Part shown: one piece after another, positions 57,149-64,000 of the stretch
How positions within the stretch are numbered: the first letter of the stretch is position 1
Layout of the letters: the number at the start of each line of letters is the position of its first letter
Source: an uncultured Nitrososphaeraceae archaeon
GTDB taxonomy: Archaea; Thermoproteota; Nitrososphaeria; Nitrososphaerales; Nitrososphaeraceae
Reading direction: 5' to 3'
Length of the DNA stretch: 64,000 nt
Assembly: GCA_963779615.1 (NCBI GenBank)
Contig: CAVZZA010000004.1
Span: forward strand, 282,399-346,398
The notes under the pieces: model-generated
Told to the model about the DNA's origin: nothing
Databases searched by the model: none
The model's input: only the letters and a program-made list of their open reading frames with translations
Translations under genes and position numbers: made by a program

Positions 57149-57568
57149 TCAGGTGGAAAATGACAAATAAATGATTGTCATTACGCTTAAAATAATTATG
57201 ACTATTGAAACGATATATAGGAGAAGGGGGTTTGATTGGTAACTTCCTGTCTTTATTGCTTTATCTGTTTGGATGTAGTTTTTTAATGCAAAAACTATTA
57301 GCACAATTGCTAACAATACCATACCAGTGCCTAAAATAGACATATAGTCTGTCATTGTCTTAGAGGAGGGAAGAGACGTATTGACAGCGTTACTGTCCGC
57401 TGCGTTTTGAATTATGATTTTGAATTCGGCTATAAAAAGGCTAAATTTTGCAATGATGAAACCCAGTCCAATAAGCGATATGGATGTTCTTATCCATGCT
57501 AGAAAAGTTCTCTCGTTGGCCAAATATTGTTGTGGATGATCCTGATTCGGTCCTTTGTCTTTAGACAT
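57149..57568 (-). CDS. YidH/DUF202 membrane protein
   Basis: LANERTFLAWIRTSISLIGLGF signature. Confidence 0.93.
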   Translation of the reverse strand: MSKDKGPNQDHPQQYLANERTFLAWIRTSISLIGLGFIIAKFSLFIAEFKIIIQNAADSNAVNTSLPSSKTMTDYMSILGTGMVLLAIVLIVFALKNYIQTDKAIKTGSYQSNPLLLYIVSIVIIILSVMTIIYLSFST

Positions 57569-57964
57569 TTAACTATCCACCATGCAATATAGTATAAGTT
57601 AATATTTTCTTATAAAGTATATTTATATGTGATATTCAGTATAATGCATTTGCTTTGTATGGGAAATCACAGATTAAAATAGAATATTCTATTGCACTAC
57701 TATTCACTATGAGTTTGTAATGATTTCATAGTTGAAAAAGTTTAGTCAAAAATAATCCGGGTCCATCACCAATAAGTATTCTTCAAAATAAAGACGGAAT
57801 AAAAATTTTGCAGATTCATCTAACTCATAAAATGCATTACATACATATTCAAAGCAATAGAAAGCCTGAAAATTTAACTATTTCCATTTTTTTGGAATTT
57901 AAAATTGTGAGTGGTAAAAAGAAAAATAGCAGGCATTAACTAAAAAAAATTTAGTGATGTATTT

Positions 57965-58846
57965 TCATTTTTCTATAGGATTTCCAATCAAATTGCCCCA
58001 TTCTGTCCATGAACCATCATAGTTCTTTACATCAGGATATCCTAAAAGATATTTTAATACAAACCATGAGTGAGATGATCTTTCACCTATGCGGCAATAA
58101 GTAATAACCTCATTTTCTGGCAATATGCCATGTGCTTCATATAATTTTGTTAACTCGCCTACAGATTTGAAAGTACCGTCTTCATTCAAAGTTTGGGCCC
58201 ATTGAATATTTTTTGCTCCAGGGATGTGTCCAGATCTTTGTGCATGCTCTGTGGGATATTCAGGTGGCGCGGTTATCTTTCCGGTGTACTCATCGGGACT
58301 TCTAACATCGACTAATCGGATTTGAAATTTCCTCCTAGTGACCAGTGCATTTTTAATGTCGTTTAGAAATACCCTGATATTGCCATTCGGTTCAGTTGAT
58401 TCATCGATTTTATACGCTCCCTTAGGATATTTTGGAATATCTTTTGTAATTGCTCGATCTTCCTCTAGCCATTTTTTCCTTCCACCATTTAAAAGTCTCA
58501 CATTTTCATATCCATAGTATTTGAACACCCAAAATGCAAATGCTGCAAACCAGTTGTTGAAATCACCATACAGAACTAAGGTAATTGCATTATTATCGAT
58601 TCCAATTCGTTGAAGAAGTTCCTGATACTTATTCAGTGGTAAAATGTCCCTCGTTAAAGCGTGATTTATATCCCTTTTCCAATCAATAAGAACTGAATTT
58701 GGAATATGTCCTATGTCATAATTTGCCTGTGAATCATAATCTACCTCTGCAATTTTAACATTGGGGTCATTAAGATGGTCTTCTATCCATTGTGTGTCGA
58801 CCAATACTTCTGGGTGGGCATATTCAGTTTTTGTTATTTGAGCCAT
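57965..58846 (-). CDS. Thiosulfate sulfurtransferase (tandem rhodanese)
   Basis: YAHPEVLV, GHIP, LLNGGRKKW, DVRSPDEYTG, active loop YCRIGERS, NYDGSWTEWG. Confidence 0.95.
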   Translation of the reverse strand: MAQITKTEYAHPEVLVDTQWIEDHLNDPNVKIAEVDYDSQANYDIGHIPNSVLIDWKRDINHALTRDILPLNKYQELLQRIGIDNNAITLVLYGDFNNWFAAFAFWVFKYYGYENVRLLNGGRKKWLEEDRAITKDIPKYPKGAYKIDESTEPNGNIRVFLNDIKNALVTRRKFQIRLVDVRSPDEYTGKITAPPEYPTEHAQRSGHIPGAKNIQWAQTLNEDGTFKSVGELTKLYEAHGILPENEVITYCRIGERSSHSWFVLKYLLGYPDVKNYDGSWTEWGNLIGNPIEK

Positions 58847-58859
58847 ATGAATAGTAAAT

Positions 58860-58878
58860 CAAAGATACAATATCTTTG
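58860..58878. promoter_or_regulatory. Palindromic candidate operator in the sulfurtransferase promoter
   Basis: CAAAGATA-CAA-TATCTTTG, perfect 8-bp arms, 14-32 bp upstream of the ATG. Confidence 0.45.
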
Positions 58879-59057
58879 CACTGCTTTACGTAGTTTAATG
58901 CATAAATATGCAATTTGAGCACTTAAATTATTTGATTATAGTTTTAAAAATGTTTTTGATGTAAATAACATTTTTAATAGATGCCAAATCAACCTATTAC
59001 CAATCCTATTGTCATATACAGATTTTGTTATATTGCTAGTTATCTATATGGGTAATA

Positions 59058-59384
59058 ATGTCTTCAGTAAACAACACGGTGTTAAAACCTAAAGCAAAAA
59101 AGAGCAAACAAAATCAAAAGAATAAAGCCATACGAGATGATAAAAAAACGCACTACACAAAACTATCTTCAATGTCCCGTTCAAACCAAAGTGCGGATAT
59201 ATGGAAATACATTATATCTTGCCGAGCTTGTTTTTGGGGCACCCCCTTTATTAATTACAATAGAAGCAAAACTAAAACTAATAATCTACACGCGGTCTGT
59301 CCATCATGTGCTAGTAAGAATATCGGATATTTATCGATACCCGATAATAGATTATTTAATTATATTAGTAACAATATAAATTAA
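59058..59384 (+). CDS. Basic zinc-ribbon hypothetical protein
   Basis: CRACFW and CPSC pairs, Lys-rich N-terminus; divergent from the sulfurtransferase. Confidence 0.65.
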   Translation: MSSVNNTVLKPKAKKSKQNQKNKAIRDDKKTHYTKLSSMSRSNQSADIWKYIISCRACFWGTPFINYNRSKTKTNNLHAVCPSCASKNIGYLSIPDNRLFNYISNNIN

Positions 59385-59547
59385 TTGTTTTTGAATCATT
59401 ATAATAAATCAATTTATTAATAAAATTGACTATTTTGCTTTTATACGTCAATTTTGATTACCAAATAACATAATTACATAAACACAAGTGTTCATTGTTC
59501 TATTTTTCTCCAAATGTTCATAGCCTGTGATGATCCTATCCCCATTT

Positions 59548-59745
59548 TGCATGGTGTTTGACTATTGCCAGGACAGGGTTTGAAAAGGATTACAGGGCTC
59601 AAAAGGATGTAAGGGTAAAGGAAAGGCTGCTGCCTGTACTCAACGTTGCGTGTTACGGTAAGGCTGCAGCCCATGTGACCAGAGATCCACAAAATTAAGG
59701 GTTGGGCATGCCAATGGTTAAGGAGATACAAAGAAGAAGTAAACA
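59548..59745 (+). mobile_element. IS630-family transposase N-terminal fragment
   Basis: KDVRVKERLLPVLNV..AAHVTRD..GWACQWLRRYKEE, homologous to the N-terminus at 24848. Confidence 0.7.
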
Positions 59746-60398
59746 TGATTACGAGAGTTACCAAGAACCTCAAAATCATTACTTCCATTAAAGTAAAACC
59801 TGTAGTGTATGATGCAGTAATTTGATTCTGTTAAAAGGTATTGATTGAATCCCAAGAAACTCAATCAAAAAATCAGTTACCAAACAAGATAAATAATGTA
59901 TAATACTGCATAACATTGGAAAGAGAAAAATAAGAAACACTGGCCGTTTAGGTATAATTCAGCCAAATGGTCCCTAGTCAAAGAAGCATAAGCAAAATGA
60001 TTCAACTTGATGATAATTATACCAAAACATGAACCTTGATTTTTATAATTTTTACTTGATTACTGTCTTATTATGGTCTTTCTTGATATACAGCCAATTG
60101 CCAAACTAACTTGGTATATGTTTTAAAAATGAATCTATATTTTTGATTAAAACCAGTCCCCTGGATACCAGTTGCTTGAGTATGCTTATGACATCGCTTT
60201 ATTTTGCAGCACCGTTATTAATGCAATAGCTGCCGACAAGCCGAGTGAAAATTTCTTTGTCACTCTGAATTAAGTTATCTCATGAAATAAGATCTGTTTA
60301 TTACAATTTAATCTGTGTTTGTACCAATCATTTTGTCTTATAATGCCAAAAAAATTGTGGTTGTTTTGGTAGTTATTTATTTTGTTGTTTACCTTGAC

Positions 60399-60576
60399 CT
60401 AGTCGTTTTTGTGTGATGCTTTTCAGCCTTCACGGGCTACTCTCTCTCTTGTCTCTTCGTCAGCGGCCTGCAATCCCCTTTTCATCATGTGGAGATTCTC
60501 CTCCTTTCTTGGCTACTCTTTCCTTTGTTTTTTCGTCAGCAGATGCTAATCCTCTGTTGTCGTTATTTGAAACCAT
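60399..60576 (-). pseudogene. KGG-repeat stress-induced protein, disrupted
   Basis: MVSNNDNRGLASADEKTKERVAKKGGE, then a one-base shift to RGLQAADEETRERVAREG*KASH. Confidence 0.8.
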
Positions 60577-60909
60577 GGTTCTTACTAGTGATTAACATAT
60601 TATTTAAAAAGTGAAGCTTAGATTTATCAGCTATTTGTCATTTTTTTTACCCAAAAAACGGATACAGATGGTTTTTTAAAAGATATGGTTAGTGTTACTT
60701 TTCAGTGGATTTTAAATAACGTCATAGAAAAGAAGCGAAAGAAAAGAGTAATGTGAAACATGGTCATATAGTTATTCATTCTAATTGCAAGAGATTTATA
60801 GCATATGTCATGACCATGCAAGCACAAATACAACTACATCAGGTGTGAATGGCAATTGGTCAAATTCCACATCCTCTTTTAATCCAACATTGGATTAAAG
60901 TCAATAAAC

Positions 60910-61048
60910 TGCTTTGTTGCATGATTATTGCAAATCGTTTTTTGTTAACGTTTTATCTATTGTATAGAGAGTATCTAGTCATAATTTAATATGGATTACC
61001 AGGAAAGTAGTACAGTATTAACTGAATTTCGAATCATGCAACAAAGCA
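60910..61048. mobile_element. MITE-like element, copy C (139 bp)
   Basis: Perfect 17-bp TIR TGCTTTGTTGCATGATT / AATCATGCAACAAAGCA; flanks TCAATAAAC / TCAACAAAA; interior homologous to copy B. Confidence 0.8.
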
Positions 61049-61553
61049 TCAACAAAAAATTAAACTAATGAAGATTATTTGCAGTATATCCAATTTTTTT
61101 GGATAACCCATATCTAACTTTTATATTTTTAAAAGGATTTAAAATTTTGATTTTTGGTGCTTAAGCATTTCAAAAAAAAAATAAAAAAGGTTTCAGTTTG
61201 AAACTGTATTTGTGCATATGCACATAAAATAACCTTTTTAAATAAAACAAATCAGATAACTGTTAATAAAATAATAGTTGCATCTATTTTGATTAAAAGA
61301 ACCTGACCAATACCCTACAATAGTAAATAAATGAGCAAAAGATTGAATACCTACAATTATAATCGGCAAATGACATAATTAATTAAAAGCAAGGATTGAA
61401 TACTTTAATGAAAATCTATAATAAACAATATATTTTTAATTACCGTGTATCCCCCTTATCCAAATTAAATCATATATAGACAAATTAAAACCCGGGGTTC
61501 AGCACGCTAGTTTTTAATTTGGGTAAAGTTGGCGAGTGTCAAATCGATATTGC

Positions 61554-62162
61554 TTAGGGAAACCTTTTGCAGCTCCTGCAGGTAGATGCTGTACTTGAGC
61601 TAAACCCGTTATTGTTCATGTCAAAATGAACATCAACGTTGTTTGGCTCTGACATCAGCGCAAGGTATGTAAGCAGCTTCCTGACGTCCCTGTCCTTTGT
61701 GTGTTCGGGCTCGTTGACTATGATTGACAGCAGCAAAACCAGCCTTCGCCTAAGCCCAAGGATGTAAAAGGCGTGTGTGAGGTATAGCTTGGCGTCTATG
61801 TAGTCACCGGCCAGTGCGGATAGGCTGAAGTCAAACAGCAGGTTCTTTAGCGGCAGTCCCGAACCACTGGCCTGCAACTGCCTGTAGCGTCGGGGGCTTT
61901 CCACCATCTCCTCGATTGCGGCATCCTTCAGAAACTTGTTCAGTAGTTTGACAACACCCCTTAAGCTTATTGTGTTTTTGCCCATCTCCAGCACACCCAG
62001 CCTTGCGGCAATTCCGTCCAGGTCCTCAAAATAAAACTGTGTGTCGATATCCGTGTTGCCCGTAAGCCTGCCAATGCCCTCGGCATGGGTTTCAACAGGA
62101 ATGTACTCCACAAGCCTCTCAATTTCTTTAAATATCCCAAACGTCATTTGACAGTTAATCAA
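61554..62162 (-). CDS. Hypothetical protein
   Basis: 202-aa ORF visibly more GC-rich than its flanks; start may be MTFGIF. Confidence 0.7.
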   Translation of the reverse strand: MINCQMTFGIFKEIERLVEYIPVETHAEGIGRLTGNTDIDTQFYFEDLDGIAARLGVLEMGKNTISLRGVVKLLNKFLKDAAIEEMVESPRRYRQLQASGSGLPLKNLLFDFSLSALAGDYIDAKLYLTHAFYILGLRRRLVLLLSIIVNEPEHTKDRDVRKLLTYLALMSEPNNVDVHFDMNNNGFSSSTASTCRSCKRFP

Positions 62163-62709
62163 CTATAGTGCATTGGTATTGGTTATTATGGTATTGATAT
62201 GCGCAAAACAATGCGTGTAATGCGCACATATCTCCCAGGTGTCATGCTTTTTGTTTGCTTCATTCGTCATAACAAGTCTCAAAAGCGGAAATAGGTTTGG
62301 TCTTGCGGTGCGTGTTGTTTAGTAAAAGTATCAATAATTGCAATAAAATAAGATTGTGCAACACGGCAGTCTAGTCTGATTTGAGCTTTAATGATTTAAG
62401 GCTTTGTTAGGTTGATGGAAAAAATCAACACGTTTAAGATGCTGTAACCCCTCATGAACTTGAAGAAGAAGAAGAAGAAGAACACTCCCTTCGGGAATAT
62501 ATTGGATATTGTTGCATTCCTGTCGGTATTGTTTCGTATAGCCATAAATGTTGTCCAATGCAATAAACCCGCATTTGTTTGAGAGATGACAAAAAAAATC
62601 ATCGTCAATTCAATAGTTTATATGGTAATTATACAATCCATTATTAAAGTAGGTTTTTGTGACTGTGAAGTGCTATTTTTGCTTGAATCATTTAAAATTC
62701 AAGCTATAA

Positions 62710-63114
62710 ATGCGATTAGACACCATAAATAACGAGACAGTGCTTGATATGCTTAATAGGAACGGAGTGTTATATATAATAATGGTTATTGAAAAACTTT
62801 TTAATCGCGGAGTAATGACTGTAGATTCTCTTCATAGTAATAACATAGTTAAAGAAACAAACAACAAAACAAGTATTTTTAGTGAATCAAACGAAGAAAA
62901 AGAAAAATCCTTCCGCCTGATGTATTCTCAAGAATTAATGAGCAAAAAACAGCAAGTATATGGTACATACAGAGGATTTAATGAATTAGAAGACGAAAGG
63001 AAGAAAGTAAGACACCAGATGATGAGAACCCCTGGACGTAGAGGGGAAATAATAAAAGATGAGGAAATCAATAAGGAAATCAGCAGGCGCTATAATGAAA
63101 ATCAAATGGAATAG
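62710..63114 (+). CDS. Hypothetical protein
   Basis: Charged helical C-terminal region; true start probably the internal Met near 62816. Confidence 0.6.
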   Translation: MRLDTINNETVLDMLNRNGVLYIIMVIEKLFNRGVMTVDSLHSNNIVKETNNKTSIFSESNEEKEKSFRLMYSQELMSKKQQVYGTYRGFNELEDERKKVRHQMMRTPGRRGEIIKDEEINKEISRRYNENQME

Positions 63115-63406
63115 ATCTTTTCCATCTAAATAAATATTTCATAGTATTACTAGCACTTAAAAAACCTAATAAATAATTCTCTATTATCATATTGATAAAT
63201 AAAGAAACCAATTATCTATTGCATGTTAATTTGCATTTCCTTTTTTCTGCCGAAATGAAACAATCGCTTTAATTACTTATCGTTTCCACACTATACCGAA
63301 TAGTTTAGCACTGTAATTCGTTTGATATTACACTTTTCTTAATTGCAAAATAATTATTGCACATCGTTTATCCATTTCAATTTTACGTTTTAGATATTTA
63401 TCAAAA

Positions 63407-63967
63407 TAAAACCAAACTGCGCTTTTCCCCTTGTTTTCAATCTATTGATTAGGGCCATTAAAGTGTATGCGAAATTTGCATATATTTCATTTGTGTAGCA
63501 TATATTTTATATCATATATATGCAAATTTGCATATATTTTACATTTTTTTCATAATTTTTAGATAAACTTAAATTGATTCTGGTGGCAAACAAAACAAAT
63601 GAACAATACTACTATTTCCATGTTAAAAAACCAACAATAATAAACCTGTATTGAAAGCTGCAACGAGTGCGCGATGGCCTGCGAGGCTTGCTGCACCGAA
63701 TGCATGACAACCTCAAACAACCAAATGGCGGGAATGATGGGAAGGTGCATGATGATGTGCAGGGACTGCGCAGACATGTGCAGGATGGCATCCATGATGA
63801 TGTGCCGGGGAAGCGAGTACGCAAAGCAGGTGTGCGACATGTGCGCCGACATGTGCGACGCCTGCGCGACGGAGTGCGAAAAGATGGGCGACAAGATGGA
63901 AGTGTGCAAGCAGTGCGCCGACGTATGCAGAAATGCGCACAGGAATGCAGAAACATGATGAGGTAAC
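63407..63967. repeat. Right arm of inverted duplication (partner 55368-55929)
   Basis: TAAAACCAAACTGCGCTTTTCCCCTTG... through the gene stop is the reverse complement of the left arm. Confidence 0.95.
63599..63966 (+). pseudogene. Second copy of Cys/Met-rich four-helix copper-binding gene, disrupted
   Basis: Same N-terminus MNNTTISMLKNQQ then TAA TAA (63638-63643) in place of Tyr-Ser; one-base deletion near 63930; in-frame ATG at 63674. Confidence 0.85.
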
Positions 63968-64000
63968 CGGTAAAATCATTATCAAATAGCAACATCAATA

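Noticed and set aside
59492-59788. 98-aa minus-strand ORF
   Set aside because: The opposite strand is an IS630 fragment, which explains the region
62245-62368. Possible fourth MITE copy (TGCTTTTTGTTTGC...GTGCAACACGGCA)
   Set aside because: Ends only weakly match, length is shorter, no flanking direct repeat, no interior similarity
1-64000. CRISPR array associated with the Cas4-like gene
   Set aside because: No regularly spaced 25-45-bp repeats with unique spacers seen; the only long tandem repeats are coding Ig domains

Overview
AT-rich archaeal chromosome segment. Gene content and style (Nitrososphaeraceae-type histidine kinase, PQQ-dependent sugar dehydrogenase, DUF1059, F420 PPOX protein, mannosyl-3-phosphoglycerate synthase, many small secreted hypotheticals, long intergenic spacers) suggest a soil ammonia-oxidising archaeon, probably Nitrosocosmicus-like; this is inference, as no rRNA or amo marker is present. 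Main content: a divergent mpgS / SerB-like HAD phosphatase / AsnB-like amidotransferase cluster (candidate mannosylglycerate to mannosylglyceramide pathway); an EtfB-EtfA-FixC/FixX fusion operon; a solo Cas4-like nuclease with no CRISPR array; a large discoidin + 4x Ig-repeat surface protein; stress genes; an IS6 with TIRs and 8-bp target duplication; three IS630 relics; three copies of a ~140-bp MITE-like element with 17-bp TIRs and ~8-bp flanking repeats; and a ~560-bp inverted duplication of a Cys/Met-rich four-helix copper-storage-like gene plus its operator region, bracketing ~7.5 kb. Many genes carry single-base indels that may be long-read sequencing errors rather than true pseudogenisation.
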